Below are positions 19,710 to 32,570 of a stretch of 64,000 nt of DNA, piece by piece. The position numbers were made by a program, and so were the translations under genes. The notes beneath the pieces are model-generated. The model worked only from the letters and a program-made list of their open reading frames with translations. It did no database searches and was not told the origin of the DNA. The stretch lies in assembly GCF_965641715.1 (NCBI RefSeq), contig NZ_OZ282453.1, one strand, 5' to 3'. This DNA is from Escherichia coli. GTDB taxonomy: Bacteria > Pseudomonadota > Gammaproteobacteria > Enterobacterales > Enterobacteriaceae. Position 1 is the stretch's first letter, and every line of letters begins with the position of its first letter.

Positions 19710-21845
19710 ATGAAATCAATGAGTATTGCCGCCAGTGGTGAACTGGTTTCCCGACTTTCTACTCATCGCCGCGTGGTGGCGCTGGGAGATACTGATTTTA
19801 CGGACGTCGCGGCAGTCGTCATTACCGCTGCGGATAGTCGCAGTGGCATTCTTACGTTGCTTAAGCGCACCGGTTTTCATCTACCGGTGTTTTTGTATTC
19901 CGAACATGCTGTTGAATTACCTGCGGGCGTTACGGCGGTAATCAACGGCAACGAGCAGCATTGGCTGGAGCTGGAATCCGCAGCCTGTCAGTATGAAGAG
20001 AATTTGCTGCCACCGTTTTATGACACGCTGACGCAGTACGTTGAGATGGGCAAGAGCACCTTTGCTTGCCCTGGACATCAACATGGTGCGTTCTTTAAAA
20101 AGCATCCTGCCGGACGCCATTTTTACGATTTCTTTGGTGAGAACATCTTTCGCGCCGATATGTGTAACGCTGACGTAAAATTGGGCGATCTGCTTATTCA
20201 TGAAGGATCGGCGAAAGATGCGCAGAAATTCGCAGCCAAAGTCTTTCATGCCGATAAAACCTATTTTGTGCTGAACGGCACATCGGCAGCGAATAAAGTG
20301 GTGACGAATGCGCTATTAACGCGTGGCGATCTGGTGCTCTTCGACCGTAACAACCATAAGTCGAATCATCACGGCGCGCTGATTCAGGCGGGGGCGACGC
20401 CGGTCTATCTGGAAGCTTCACGCAACACGTTTGGTTTCATTGGCGGTATTGATGCGCACTGTTTTAATGAAGAGTATCTGCGCCAGCAAATTCGCGACGT
20501 TGCGCCAGAAAAAGCTGAGTTGCCGCGCCCGTTTCGCCTGGCGATTATTCAGCTGGGAACCTATGACGGCACTGTCTATAACGCCCGTCAGGTGATCGAT
20601 ACCGTTGGGCATCTGTGTGATTACATTCTGTTTGATTCCGCGTGGGTCGGTTATGAACAATTTATCCCGATGATGGCGGATAGCTCGCCGCTGCTGTTAG
20701 AACTTAACGAAAACGATCCGGGGATTTTTGTGACTCAGTCGGTGCACAAACAGCAGGCGGGATTCTCACAGACGTCGCAGATCCATAAAAAAGATAACCA
20801 TATCCGCGGACAGGCGCGTTTTTGCCCGCATAAGCGGTTGAATAACGCCTTTATGCTCCATGCTTCTACCAGCCCTTTCTATCCGCTGTTTGCTGCACTG
20901 GATGTTAACGCCAAAATTCATGAAGGGGAGAGTGGGCGTCGGCTGTGGGCTGAGTGCGTTGAGTTGGGTATTGAGTCGCGCAAGGCTATTCTTGCGCGCT
21001 GTAAGCTGTTCCGCCCGTTTATCCCGCCCGTTGTTGATGGCAAATTGTGGCAGGATTATCCGACATCAGTGTTAGCCAGCGACCGCCGTTTTTTCAGTTT
21101 TGAGCCGGGGGCGAAGTGGCACGGCTTTGAAGGATATGCCGCGGATCAGTATTTTGTTGATCCGTGCAAGCTGTTACTCACTACACCAGGTATCGATTCC
21201 GAAACCGGCGAATATAGCGACTTTGGCGTTCCGGCGACGATTCTGGCGCACTATCTGCGTGAGAACGGCATTGTGCCGGAGAAGTGCGATCTCAATTCCA
21301 TTCTGTTCTTATTAACTCCGGCGGAAAGCCACGAGAAGCTGGCACAACTGGTGGCGATGCTGGCGCAATTTGAACAGCATATTGAGGATGACTCGCCGCT
21401 GGCTGAGGTGTTGCCGAGCGTTTATAACAAATATCCGGTGCGCTATCGCGACTACACCCTGCGCCAGTTGTGTCAGGAGATGCACGATCTGTATGTCAGT
21501 TTCGACGTCAAAGACCTACAAAAAGCGATGTTCCGCCAGCAGAGTTTCCCGTCAGTGGTGATGAACCCCCAGGATGCGCATAGCGCTTATATTCGCGGTG
21601 ACGTGGAGTTGGTGCGGATTCGTGATGCCGAAGGGCGAATTGCGGCAGAAGGGGCGTTGCCTTATCCACCTGGCGTGCTTTGCGTGGTACCCGGGGAAGT
21701 CTGGGGTGGGGCGGTTCAACGTTATTTCCTTGCGCTGGAAGAAGGGGTGAATTTGTTGCCGGGATTTTCGCCGGAGCTGCAAGGTGTTTATAGCGAAACC
21801 GATGCGGATGGCATGAAACGGTTGTACGGTTATGTGTTGAAGTAA
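19710..21845 (+). CDS. speC: ornithine decarboxylase, constitutive
   Basis: 711 aa from MKSMSIAASGEL; large PLP-dependent Orn/Lys/Arg decarboxylase fold. Confidence 0.95.
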   Translation: MKSMSIAASGELVSRLSTHRRVVALGDTDFTDVAAVVITAADSRSGILTLLKRTGFHLPVFLYSEHAVELPAGVTAVINGNEQHWLELESAACQYEENLLPPFYDTLTQYVEMGKSTFACPGHQHGAFFKKHPAGRHFYDFFGENIFRADMCNADVKLGDLLIHEGSAKDAQKFAAKVFHADKTYFVLNGTSAANKVVTNALLTRGDLVLFDRNNHKSNHHGALIQAGATPVYLEASRNTFGFIGGIDAHCFNEEYLRQQIRDVAPEKAELPRPFRLAIIQLGTYDGTVYNARQVIDTVGHLCDYILFDSAWVGYEQFIPMMADSSPLLLELNENDPGIFVTQSVHKQQAGFSQTSQIHKKDNHIRGQARFCPHKRLNNAFMLHASTSPFYPLFAALDVNAKIHEGESGRRLWAECVELGIESRKAILARCKLFRPFIPPVVDGKLWQDYPTSVLASDRRFFSFEPGAKWHGFEGYAADQYFVDPCKLLLTTPGIDSETGEYSDFGVPATILAHYLRENGIVPEKCDLNSILFLLTPAESHEKLAQLVAMLAQFEQHIEDDSPLAEVLPSVYNKYPVRYRDYTLRQLCQEMHDLYVSFDVKDLQKAMFRQQSFPSVVMNPQDAHSAYIRGDVELVRIRDAEGRIAAEGALPYPPGVLCVVPGEVWGGAVQRYFLALEEGVNLLPGFSPELQGVYSETDADGMKRLYGYVLK

Positions 21846-21849
21846 GAAT

Positions 21850-21888
21850 AAAAAAAACGGGTCACCTTCTGGCGACCCGTTTTTCTTT
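21850..21888. terminator. bidirectional terminator between convergent speC and nupG
   Basis: A-run, hairpin cgggtc/gacccg, T-run. Confidence 0.6.
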
Positions 21889-21894
21889 GCGTAA

Positions 21895-23151
21895 TTAGTG
21901 GCTAACCGTCTGTGTACCTGTCGGGACACGAACGTGTTTATATTTGAACATCGCCATGAACGCGAAGGCCAGAACCACGGAGTAACCAGCGAAAATCAAC
22001 CATACGGTCTGCCAGTCGGTAATGCCGTTTTGGGTGTACATCTCAACAACTTTACCGCTCACGATGCCGCCGAGGATACAGCCGAAGCCGTTGGTCATCA
22101 TCAGGAACATCCCTTGCGCACTGGCGCGAATCGCCGGGCTAACTTCTTTTTCGACAAACACCGAACCAGAGATGTTGAAGAAGTCGAACGCACAGCCGTA
22201 AACAATCATCGACAGAACCAGCAGTACGGTGCCGAACGGAGTCGGGTCGCCGTAAGCAAACAGCGCAAAACGCAGGATCCACGCCACAATACTGATCATC
22301 ATTACGTTCTTAATACCGTAGCGGCTTAAGAAGAATGGGATGGTCAGAATGAACAGGGTTTCAGAGATCTGCGAAATCGACATGATGATTGACGCATGCT
22401 GCACAATAAAGCTGCTGGCAAACATCGGATCTTTGTCGAAGCTGTGCAGGAAGGTATTACCGAACATGTTGGTAATCTGCAGTTCCGCGCCCAGCAGCAT
22501 TGAGAAGATGAAGAAGATTGCCATACGCTTGTTTTTAAACAGCGCGAATGCATCGAGGCCCAGCAGGGTTGTCCAGCTCTGATTCGCTTGCTGTTTAGCA
22601 ACCGGAATATGCGGCAGAGTCAGGGTAAACAGAACCAGAATGGCGGAAAGTGCTGCGCCAATATACAGCTGCATGTGGCTTAATTCGAAGCCAGACAGGC
22701 TCACCACCCACATTGCCATGATAAAGCCGATGGTGCCCCAGATACGGATTGGCGGGAAGTCAGTAACGATATCCATCCCGGCATTTTGCAGGCGATAGTA
22801 AGAGATGGTGTTGATTAACCCAAGCGTTGGCATATAAGCAAACGAGTTAATCAATATCACAAGGAACATCGCCTCCGGCGTCGTGACCTGTGCCGCCATG
22901 AACAGCGTGATAGCGCCAATGGTGTGGCAAATGGCATATACCCATTTCGCACTTAACCATTTGTCGGCCACAATCCCCAGCAGCGCAGGCATAAAGACCG
23001 CGGCGATACCCAGTGAGCTATAAACTGCGCCAATAGAAGCACCGTCAAACTTCAGGGTAACAAACATATAGGAACCGAGGGTCGTCAGCCAACTTCCCCA
23101 CAGACAGAACTGCAGAAAAGAGAGGATTTTCAGCTGCAGCTTAAGATTCAT
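21895..23151 (-). CDS. nupG: nucleoside:H+ symporter
   Basis: 418 aa from MNLKLQLKILSF; 12-TM transporter. Confidence 0.9.
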   Translation of the reverse strand: MNLKLQLKILSFLQFCLWGSWLTTLGSYMFVTLKFDGASIGAVYSSLGIAAVFMPALLGIVADKWLSAKWVYAICHTIGAITLFMAAQVTTPEAMFLVILINSFAYMPTLGLINTISYYRLQNAGMDIVTDFPPIRIWGTIGFIMAMWVVSLSGFELSHMQLYIGAALSAILVLFTLTLPHIPVAKQQANQSWTTLLGLDAFALFKNKRMAIFFIFSMLLGAELQITNMFGNTFLHSFDKDPMFASSFIVQHASIIMSISQISETLFILTIPFFLSRYGIKNVMMISIVAWILRFALFAYGDPTPFGTVLLVLSMIVYGCAFDFFNISGSVFVEKEVSPAIRASAQGMFLMMTNGFGCILGGIVSGKVVEMYTQNGITDWQTVWLIFAGYSVVLAFAFMAMFKYKHVRVPTGTQTVSH

Positions 23152-23267
23152 GTTAATTTCCTCACATCGTGATGCGGATGAGTGTTTGAAAAAGCACATT
23201 TGACCGTGCGAGATGATGGGATTCTATCAACTTCGCGGACTGGTTTTTTGTTACCTGTGGCAAATAA

Positions 23268-23314
23268 TTGCAAACATTCCTAATTTGCAAAACGAAATTG
23301 TGATATGGATAACA
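23268..23314 (-). promoter_or_regulatory. candidate CytR/CRP control region of nupG
   Basis: Two ttgcaaa direct repeats plus CRP-like tgtgatatggataaca about 120-160 bp upstream of the nupG start. Confidence 0.3.
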
Positions 23315-23352
23315 TTTTTGCCCCTGAGCATCGTCAGGGGCGGTTAGTGGAA

Positions 23353-24459
<1,107 letters not shown>

Positions 24460-24496
24460 TTATGCAAGCTGCCGGAGGCGTGCTCCGGCACTGTTT

Positions 24497-24775
<279 letters not shown>

Positions 24776-24799
24776 TCATCCTCTTTATCGACTCACGCG

Positions 24800-25852
24800 C
24801 TAAACCGGCGCGCCAGTGCGTAACTGCTGTAACAAACGCTCCACGGGAGCCGCCAGGCCAACTGACGGCGGTTGCGCTAAGTTATACCAGAGCGCATTGC
24901 CTTCATCCATGCAGCCGGTGAATGACGACACGGGAAGCCACATAGGCACAATATCTAAGTGGAAATGGCTGAAGGTATGCCGAAACGCGGTCAGCTGCGT
25001 CAGGTTATCGGCAGCAATCTGCCGTTGCGCCAGCCACTGCCGCAAACTTTCTTCGTCGGCAAACTGCGGGAAACAGTATAAACCGCCCCACAATCCGCTC
25101 GGCGGACGCTGCGCCAGCAATACTTCATCTTCGTGCTGTAACAGGAGAAAGTAGCCGGTGCGCTCCGGCAGCGTCTGTTTCGGTTTTTTGCCCGGATAAA
25201 GCGACCAGCTATTGTTGGTGGCGGCAATACATCCGTTTTGTAGCGGACAGAGCGAACATTTCGGCTTCGAACGCGTGCAAATCATCGCGCCCAAATCCAT
25301 CATCGCCTGATTAAACCGTTCCACGCCGACCGCGGGCGTCACCTGCTCGCTTAAACTCCATAATTTATTCTCGACCTCTTTTTTCCCAGGCCAGCCGCTT
25401 ACAGCATAGCAGCGCGCCAGCACCCGTTTGACGTTACCGTCGAGAATCGGAAAGTGCTTACCCAGAGAAAGCGATAGAATCGCGCCTGCGGTGGAACGCC
25501 CGACGCCCGGCAGTGCTGCAACTTCCTCAAAGGTTTCCGGGAATTTACCGCCGTGTAAGGTCGCCACTTGTTGTGCCGCTTTATGCAGATTGCGCGCGCG
25601 GGCGTAATAGCCAAGCCCCGTCCACAAGTGGAGAACTTCGTCGAGCGGCGCATTGGCGAGATCGGTCACCGTCGGGAAGCGCGCCATAAAGCGTTCAAAA
25701 TAGGGGATAACGGTCGCAACCTGAGTTTGTTGCAACATCACTTCTGAGAGCCATACTTTGTAGGGCGTCTTGTCAATTTGCCAGGGCAGAGTTTTTCGCC
25801 CGTATTTATCGTACCAGTCCAGAACCTGGGCTGAAAATTGCGACGCTTGCAT
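24800..25852 (-). CDS. mutY: adenine DNA glycosylase
   Basis: 350 aa from [14 protein letters not shown]; HhH-GPD domain and Cys cluster [17 protein letters not shown] for a 4Fe-4S centre. Confidence 0.95.
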   Translation of the reverse strand: MQASQFSAQVLDWYDKYGRKTLPWQIDKTPYKVWLSEVMLQQTQVATVIPYFERFMARFPTVTDLANAPLDEVLHLWTGLGYYARARNLHKAAQQVATLHGGKFPETFEEVAALPGVGRSTAGAILSLSLGKHFPILDGNVKRVLARCYAVSGWPGKKEVENKLWSLSEQVTPAVGVERFNQAMMDLGAMICTRSKPKCSLCPLQNGCIAATNNSWSLYPGKKPKQTLPERTGYFLLLQHEDEVLLAQRPPSGLWGGLYCFPQFADEESLRQWLAQRQIAADNLTQLTAFRHTFSHFHLDIVPMWLPVSSFTGCMDEGNALWYNLAQPPSVGLAAPVERLLQQLRTGAPV

Positions 25853-26012
25853 GGTCACCGAATTCACTGTTGTTGGGGGCAAGATTGCAGCACAGCGACG
25901 GCAGGGTGTAAACCGGAACTTTCCGCAGCCACGGCCTTATCATGCTTGCATCCGGCAACTAACTTTGGATAATGCCCGTTTTCAGAACACTTTCACAAGC
26001 GACTAAATCTTT

Positions 26013-26732
26013 ATGAAAAACGACGTCATTTCACCGGAATTTGATGAAAACGGCCGCCCACTGCGCCGTATCCGTAGTTTTGTGCGCCGCCAGGGGCGAC
26101 TGACCAAAGGCCAGGAACATGCGCTGGAAAACTACTGGCCGGTGATGGGCGTTGAGTTCAGCGAAGATATGCTGGATTTCCCCGCGCTTTTTGGCCGTGA
26201 AGCGCCGGTGACGCTTGAGATTGGTTTTGGCATGGGGGCGTCGCTGGTGGCAATGGCTAAAGATCGCCCCGAGCAGGACTTCCTCGGCATTGAAGTGCAT
26301 TCACCGGGCGTTGGTGCGTGCCTGGCTTCTGCGCATGAAGAGGGCTTAAGCAACCTGCGCGTGATGTGTCACGATGCGGTTGAAGTGCTGCATAAAATGA
26401 TTCCTGACAATTCATTGCGCATGGTGCAGCTCTTTTTCCCTGACCCGTGGCACAAAGCGCGCCATAATAAACGCCGTATCGTTCAGGTGCCGTTTGCCGA
26501 ACTGGTAAAAAGCAAACTGCAGCTGGGGGGCGTATTCCATATGGCGACCGACTGGGAACCTTATGCGGAACATATGATTGAAGTGATGTCTTCTATTGAC
26601 GGTTATAAAAACCTGTCAGAGAGCAATGATTACGTACCGCGTCCGGCATCACGTCCGGTGACGAAATTTGAACAACGTGGTCATCGTCTTGGTCACGGAG
26701 TATGGGACTTAATGTTCGAGAGGGTGAAATAA
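26013..26732 (+). CDS. trmB: tRNA (guanine46-N7)-methyltransferase
   Basis: 239 aa SAM-dependent methyltransferase; divergent from mutY. Confidence 0.9.
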   Translation: MKNDVISPEFDENGRPLRRIRSFVRRQGRLTKGQEHALENYWPVMGVEFSEDMLDFPALFGREAPVTLEIGFGMGASLVAMAKDRPEQDFLGIEVHSPGVGACLASAHEEGLSNLRVMCHDAVEVLHKMIPDNSLRMVQLFFPDPWHKARHNKRRIVQVPFAELVKSKLQLGGVFHMATDWEPYAEHMIEVMSSIDGYKNLSESNDYVPRPASRPVTKFEQRGHRLGHGVWDLMFERVK

Positions 26733-27058
26733 TGGCAAAGAACCGTAGCCGTCGTCTGCGTAAAAAAATGCACATCGACGAATTCCAGGAATTAGGATTT
26801 TCGGTGGCATGGCGATTCCCGGAAGGTACATCGGAAGAACAGATTGATAAAACCGTTGATGATTTTATTAACGAGGTTATCGAACCGAACAAACTGGCCT
26901 TTGACGGCAGCGGTTATCTGGCCTGGGAAGGTCTGATCTGCATGCAGGAAATCGGCAAATGCACTGAAGAACATCAGGCGATTGTGCGTAAGTGGCTGGA
27001 AGAGCGCAACCTGGATGAGGTACGCACCAGCGAACTTTTCGACGTTTGGTGGGACTAA
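26732..27058 (+). CDS. yggL: DUF469 protein YggL
   Basis: 108 aa from [18 protein letters not shown]; start overlaps trmB stop. Confidence 0.85.
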   Translation: MAKNRSRRLRKKMHIDEFQELGFSVAWRFPEGTSEEQIDKTVDDFINEVIEPNKLAFDGSGYLAWEGLICMQEIGKCTEEHQAIVRKWLEERNLDEVRTSELFDVWWD

Positions 27059-27061
27059 GAA

Positions 27062-27185
27062 AGCATACGGGCGATGACAAATGCAAAACTGCCTGATGCG
27101 CTACGCTTATCATGCCTACAAAGATGCACGATCGAGTAGGCGGGATAAGGCGTTTACGCCGCATCCGGCATGGAAAACGCGTACT
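27062..27185. repeat. REP element
   Basis: gcgggataaggcg..cgccgcatccggc palindrome. Confidence 0.5.
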
Positions 27186-27241
27186 TTGTTATCAATCTGG
27201 GGCCAGCAAATGCTGGCCTGATTTGTTCTTGAGGGAAGACT

Positions 27242-27961
27242 ATGATGCGCAAAATGCTGCTGGCGGCAGCACTTTCAGTGACGGCAATGACCGCTCACGC
27301 CGACTACCAGTGCAGCGTCACGCCGCGTGACGATGTGATTGTCAGCCCGCAAACCGTGCAGGTGAAGGGCGAAAACGGCAATCTGGTGATCACGCCAGAC
27401 GGCAACGTGATGTATAACGGTAAGCAATATTCCCTGAATGCCGCCCAGCGCGAGCAGGCGAAGGATTATCAGGTTGAACTACGTAGCACGCTGCCGTGGA
27501 TTGATGAAGGCGCGAAAAGCCGCGTCGAGAAAGCCCGTATTGCTCTGGATAAAATTATCGTTCAGGAGATGGGCGAAAGCAGCAAAATGCGCAGCCGTCT
27601 GACCAAACTTGATGCGCAGCTGAAAGAGCAGATGAACCGCATTATCGAAACGCGCAGCGATGGCCTGACGTTCCACTATAAAGCCATTGATCAGGTTCGC
27701 GCTGAAGGCCAGCAATTAGTGAATCAGGCAATGGGCGGAATTTTACAGGACAGCATTAATGAAATGGGCGCGAAAGCGGTGCTGAAAAGCGGCGGTAACC
27801 CATTACAGAATGTGCTGGGAAGCCTGGGGGGGCTGCAATCCTCAATCCAAACCGAGTGGAAAAAGCAGGAAAAAGATTTCCAGCAGTTTGGCAAAGATGT
27901 TTGTAGCCGCGTTGTGACTCTGGAAGATAGCCGCAAAGCCCTGGTCGGGAATTTAAAATAA
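27242..27961 (+). CDS. yggN: periplasmic protein YggN (DUF2884)
   Basis: 239 aa with signal peptide. Confidence 0.85.
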   Translation: MMRKMLLAAALSVTAMTAHADYQCSVTPRDDVIVSPQTVQVKGENGNLVITPDGNVMYNGKQYSLNAAQREQAKDYQVELRSTLPWIDEGAKSRVEKARIALDKIIVQEMGESSKMRSRLTKLDAQLKEQMNRIIETRSDGLTFHYKAIDQVRAEGQQLVNQAMGGILQDSINEMGAKAVLKSGGNPLQNVLGSLGGLQSSIQTEWKKQEKDFQQFGKDVCSRVVTLEDSRKALVGNLK

Positions 27962-28066
27962 TCCTCTATTTTAAGACGGCATAATACTTTTTTATGCCGT
28001 TTAATTCTTCGTTTTGTTACCTGCCTCTAACTTTGTAGATCTCCAAAATATATTCACGTTGTAAAT

Positions 28067-28079
28067 TGTTTAACGTCAA
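28067..28079 (+). promoter_or_regulatory. FNR-like half-palindrome ttgtt-N4-gtcaa upstream of ansB
   Basis: Resembles TTGAT-N4-ATCAA about 60 bp upstream of the ansB ATG; ansB is known to be anaerobically induced. Confidence 0.3.
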
Positions 28080-28136
28080 ATTTCCCATACAAAGCTAAGG
28101 GATAATGCGTAGCGTTCACGTAACTGGAGGAATGAA

Positions 28137-29183
28137 ATGGAGTTTTTCAAAAAGACGGCACTTGCCGCACTGGTTATGGGTTTTAGTGGTGCAGCATTGG
28201 CATTACCCAATATCACCATTTTAGCAACCGGCGGGACCATTGCCGGTGGTGGTGACTCCGCAACCAAATCTAACTACACAGCGGGTAAAGTTGGCGTAGA
28301 AAATCTGGTTAATGCGGTGCCGCAACTGAAGGACATTGCGAACGTTAAAGGCGAGCAGGTAGTCAATATCGGCTCCCAGGACATGAACGATGATGTCTGG
28401 CTGACACTGGCGAAAAAAATTAACACCGACTGCGATAAAACCGACGGCTTCGTCATTACTCACGGTACCGACACGATGGAAGAAACCGCTTACTTCCTCG
28501 ACCTGACGGTGAAATGCGACAAACCGGTGGTGATGGTCGGCGCAATGCGCCCGTCCACCTCCATGAGCGCAGACGGTCCATTCAACCTGTATAACGCGGT
28601 AGTGACTGCAGCTGATAAAGCCTCCGCTAATCGTGGCGTGCTGGTGGTGATGAACGACACCGTACTGGACGGTCGCGATGTCACCAAAACCAACACCACC
28701 GACGTAGCGACCTTCAAGTCTGTTAACTACGGTCCTCTGGGTTACATTCACAACGGTAAGATTGACTACCAACGTACCCCGGCACGTAAGCACACCAGCG
28801 ACGCGCCGTTCGATGTCTCTAAGCTGAATGAACTGCCGAAAGTCGGCATTGTTTATAACTACGCTAACGCATCCGATCTTCCGGCTAAAGCACTGGTAGA
28901 TGCGGGCTATGATGGCATCGTTAGCGCTGGTGTGGGTAACGGCAACCTGTATAAAACCGTATTTGACACTCTGGCGACCGCCGCGAAAAACGGCACTGCA
29001 GTCGTGCGTTCTTCCCGCGTACCGACGGGCGCTACCACTCAGGATGCCGAAGTGGATGATGCGAAATACGGCTTCGTCGCCTCTGGCACGTTGAACCCGC
29101 AAAAAGCGCGCGTTCTGCTGCAACTGGCTCTGACGCAAACCAAAGATCCGCAGCAGATCCAGCAGATCTTCAATCAGTACTAA
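28137..29183 (+). CDS. ansB: periplasmic L-asparaginase II
   Basis: 348 aa, signal peptide, TGGTIAG active-site motif. Confidence 0.95.
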   Translation: MEFFKKTALAALVMGFSGAALALPNITILATGGTIAGGGDSATKSNYTAGKVGVENLVNAVPQLKDIANVKGEQVVNIGSQDMNDDVWLTLAKKINTDCDKTDGFVITHGTDTMEETAYFLDLTVKCDKPVVMVGAMRPSTSMSADGPFNLYNAVVTAADKASANRGVLVVMNDTVLDGRDVTKTNTTDVATFKSVNYGPLGYIHNGKIDYQRTPARKHTSDAPFDVSKLNELPKVGIVYNYANASDLPAKALVDAGYDGIVSAGVGNGNLYKTVFDTLATAAKNGTAVVRSSRVPTGATTQDAEVDDAKYGFVASGTLNPQKARVLLQLALTQTKDPQQIQQIFNQY

Positions 29184-29189
29184 CCACCT

Positions 29190-29217
29190 CGCCCCGGTAT
29201 CGTGCCGGGGCTTTTTC
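29190..29217 (+). terminator. rho-independent terminator of ansB
   Basis: ccccgg..ccgggg hairpin followed by ttttt. Confidence 0.6.
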
Positions 29218-29299
29218 ACTTCAGACTTACGTCCATTGCCAATTTTTATTACCCTGATGATAATCACCGGAATAAATTATTCCGCGCGAGGGTTTTCGG

Positions 29300-30307
29300 G
29301 TGAAAAAACAATGGATTGTTGGCATGGCGCTGCTTGTGTTGATGACTGGTAATGTCTGGGCAGATGGCGAACCGCCAACTGAAAATATCTTAAAAGATCA
29401 ATTCAAAAAGCAGTATCACGGCATTCTCAAGCTTGATGCCATCACCTTAAAAAATCTTGATGCTAAGGGTAATCAGGCCACCTGGTCAGCGGAAGGCGAT
29501 GTCTCTTCCAGTGACGATCTCTATACCTGGGTTGGTCAGTTGGCAGATTACGAACTGCTGGAGCAGACCTGGACGAAAGATCAACCGGTAAAATTCTCGG
29601 CGATGTTAACCAGTAAAGGAACGCCCGCGTCTGGCTGGTCGGTGAACTTTTACTCTTTTCAGGCGGCAGCCAGCGATCGTGGGCGGGTGGTCGACGATAT
29701 CAAAACGAATAATAAATATCTGATCGTGAATAGCGAAGATTTCAATTATCGCTTTAGTCAGCTTGAGTCTGCGTTGAATAACCAGAAGAACTCGATTCCT
29801 GCGCTGGAGAAGGAAGTGAAAGAGCTTGATAAGAAAATGGCAGCGGCGCAGAAAGCAGCGGATGCATATTGGGGAAAAGATGCAAACGGCAAGCAAATGA
29901 CCCGCGAAGACGCCTTTAAAAAAATTCACCAACAGCGTGATGAGTTTAATAAACAGAACGATAGCGAGGCGTTCGCGGTTAAATATGACAAAGAGGTTTA
30001 TCAACCGGCGATTGCGGCATGTCATAAACAGAGTGAAGAGTGTTATGAAGTGCCGATTCAGCAGAAACGAGATTTCGATATCAACGAACAACGGCGACAG
30101 ACTTTTCTGCAATCACAAAAACTTAGCCGTAAATTGCAGGATGACTGGATAACGCTCGAAAAAGGGCAATATCCGTTAACGATGAAAGTTTCAGAAATAA
30201 ACAGTAAAAAAGTCGCGATTTTGATGAAAATTGACGATATCAATCAGGCTAATGAACGCTGGAAAAAAGATACCGAACAACTGCGGCGCAATGGGGTGAT
30301 TAAGTAA
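29300..30307 (+). CDS. yggM: DUF1202 protein YggM
   Basis: 335 aa with signal peptide; position after ansB. Confidence 0.85.
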   Translation: MKKQWIVGMALLVLMTGNVWADGEPPTENILKDQFKKQYHGILKLDAITLKNLDAKGNQATWSAEGDVSSSDDLYTWVGQLADYELLEQTWTKDQPVKFSAMLTSKGTPASGWSVNFYSFQAAASDRGRVVDDIKTNNKYLIVNSEDFNYRFSQLESALNNQKNSIPALEKEVKELDKKMAAAQKAADAYWGKDANGKQMTREDAFKKIHQQRDEFNKQNDSEAFAVKYDKEVYQPAIAACHKQSEECYEVPIQQKRDFDINEQRRQTFLQSQKLSRKLQDDWITLEKGQYPLTMKVSEINSKKVAILMKIDDINQANERWKKDTEQLRRNGVIK

Positions 30308-30309
30308 GT

Positions 30310-30545
30310 TTTGATATAGCGCACGATTTGTAGCAGGATGCGGCGTTGACCCCGCATCCGGCAATCAACGTCTGATGCGACGCTAGCGCGTCTTATCAGA
30401 CCTACAACAGCTGCCACATGTCGGCTGAGGTGCTCACGCCGCATCCGGCAATCAACGTCTGATGCGACGCTTGCGCGTCTTATCAGACCTACAACCGTTG
30501 CCACATGTAGGCTGGATAAGGCGTTCACGCCGCATCCGGCAATAC
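30310..30545. repeat. REP/BIME cluster with ~80-bp tandem units
   Basis: Repeated cgccgcatccggcaatcaacgtctgatgcgacgc..gcgcgtcttatcagacctacaac units. Confidence 0.7.
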
Positions 30546-30549
30546 AAGT

Positions 30550-31686
30550 TTACTCCGCCAGAAAAAGCTCCAGCAGCGAATTTAAAAACAGCTTCCCATG
30601 TTCCGTAATCTGCCAGTAATCCGCACATTCTGTGAGATAACCCTGGGCAATCGCCTCGTCTAACTGTGGGCGAATCACATCTTCGCAAAGCCCGGTATAC
30701 GCACTAAACTCTGCGCGTGGCGCGGCCTCCAGCAAGCGAAAGCGGTTCATAAAGAACTCAAACGGCTTATCTGCGTCTTCGACATCACGCTGGCTTTCCA
30801 GATACCTTCCCTGCATAAAACCACGCGGATGACGCGTTTTGGTGGTACGCAGAATGCGCCCATCCGGGAAGGTCACTTTGCCGTGCGCGCCGCAGCCAAT
30901 ACCGATGTAGTCGCCAAATCGCCAGTAGTTGAGATTGTGCTGGCACTGATAACCGGGTTTGGCGTAAGCGGAAGTTTCATATTGCTGATAACCCGCTGCG
31001 GTTAATAACTGATGCCCCTGTTCGAAAATATCCCACAGCGCGTCATCGTCCGGCAGCACCGGTGGTCGCGAACCAAACAGCGTATTGGGTTCGATGGTCA
31101 GTTGATACCAGGAAAGATGCGGCGGATTCAGTTCAATGGCCTGGCGTAGATCGCCAAGCGCCTCTTCCAGTGATTGATCCGGCAGTCCATGCATCAAATC
31201 AAGGTTAAAGCTACGTAACCCTAAACCGCTCGCCAGCTTCGCCGCGCGTTTCGCTTCTTGCGGGCCATGAATACGCCCAAGTCGTTTCAGCTTTTCTTCG
31301 CTAAAACTCTGCACACCAATAGAGATGCGGTTCACACCAGCACGCTGATAATCGACAAAGCGATCGGCTTCTACCGTTCCAGGGTTCGCTTCCATAGTAA
31401 TTTCTGCATCCGCTGCCAGCGGCAAACGCGCACGCACGCCGTCCAGCAGCGTTTGCATCGCCGGGCCGGAAAGCAGGCTCGGCGTACCACCGCCAATAAA
31501 GATTGTCTTTACTTCACGGCCCTGAGCGTAAGCCACATCGTTGTCCAGATCGTTAAGCAGATGCTGAACATAATCGTCGTGCGGCACTTCTCCTTTCAAC
31601 GCGTGAGAGTTGAAATCGCAGTACGGGCATTTCTGCACGCACCACGGGATGTGAATGTAGAGACTCAGCGGCGGTAATTTAACCAT
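30550..31686 (-). CDS. hemW: radical-SAM heme chaperone HemW (YggW)
   Basis: 378 aa; CxxxCxxC motif [10 protein letters not shown]. Confidence 0.9.
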   Translation of the reverse strand: MVKLPPLSLYIHIPWCVQKCPYCDFNSHALKGEVPHDDYVQHLLNDLDNDVAYAQGREVKTIFIGGGTPSLLSGPAMQTLLDGVRARLPLAADAEITMEANPGTVEADRFVDYQRAGVNRISIGVQSFSEEKLKRLGRIHGPQEAKRAAKLASGLGLRSFNLDLMHGLPDQSLEEALGDLRQAIELNPPHLSWYQLTIEPNTLFGSRPPVLPDDDALWDIFEQGHQLLTAAGYQQYETSAYAKPGYQCQHNLNYWRFGDYIGIGCGAHGKVTFPDGRILRTTKTRHPRGFMQGRYLESQRDVEDADKPFEFFMNRFRLLEAAPRAEFSAYTGLCEDVIRPQLDEAIAQGYLTECADYWQITEHGKLFLNSLLELFLAE

Positions 31687-32272
31687 TACGTAAAGCGTCC
31701 AGCAGCAGTTTCAATGCCTGACCACGGTGGGAAATGGCGCTCTTTTCTTCGCGGGTCAGTTCGGCAGCGGTTTTCCCTTCGGAAGGTACGAAGAAGATTG
31801 GATCATAACCAAAGCCACCAGTGCCCGCCGGTTCGCGAGTAATCACACCCGGCCAGCTGCCATGGCACACCAGCGGGGTCGGATCTTCCGCGTGACGCAG
31901 ATACACCAGCACGCAGTGGAAACGCGCCTGACGTTGGTCGTCCGGTACGTCTTTCAGTGTTTCCAGCAGTTTTTGCAGATTCTTTTGATCGGTCGCGTCT
32001 TCACCGGAATAACGTGCGGAGTAAATACCCGGCGCGCCGCCAAGCACATCTACCGCCAGACCAGAGTCGTCAGCAATTGCAGGTAAACCGGTCACTTTTG
32101 CCGCATGGCGCGCTTTCAGAATCGCGTTTTCGATAAAGGTCAGGCCGGTTTCTTCAGCGGAATCTACGCCGAGGTCTGTTTGGGCCACGATATCAAGACC
32201 GAAGTCGCTAAGCAGCGACGCCAGCTCACGCACTTTACCGGCATTGCCGGTTGCGAGGACAACTTTTTGCAT
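31679..32272 (-). CDS. rdgB: dITP/XTP pyrophosphatase
   Basis: 197 aa Ham1-family protein; 8-nt overlap with hemW. Confidence 0.9.
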   Translation of the reverse strand: MQKVVLATGNAGKVRELASLLSDFGLDIVAQTDLGVDSAEETGLTFIENAILKARHAAKVTGLPAIADDSGLAVDVLGGAPGIYSARYSGEDATDQKNLQKLLETLKDVPDDQRQARFHCVLVYLRHAEDPTPLVCHGSWPGVITREPAGTGGFGYDPIFFVPSEGKTAAELTREEKSAISHRGQALKLLLDALRNG

Positions 32273-32279
32273 AGGATAC

Positions 32280-32570
32280 CTAATTAATTAACGCCGCGAT
32301 TTCTGGCGGGATTTGTTGCGGATTAATGATTTTAATTTGTTTGTGGCGGCCAAGTTCGCCTTTTTCAATCACCACCTGGCTTTTGGCAACCCGGAATTGC
32401 TTACCGAGAAACTTCACCAGATGACTGTTGGCCTGGCCGTCAACCGGCGGCGCGGTTATGGCGACTTTTACCTCGTCGCCATGTAAACCGACAATAGAAT
32501 CACGGCTGGCTTTCGGCTGAATATAAAGCCGTAAAACCAGACCGTCATCGTTAACTGTTACGGCACTCAT
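32280..32570 (-). CDS. yggU: DUF167 protein YggU
   Basis: 96 aa from [17 protein letters not shown] overlap with yggT stop. Confidence 0.8.
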
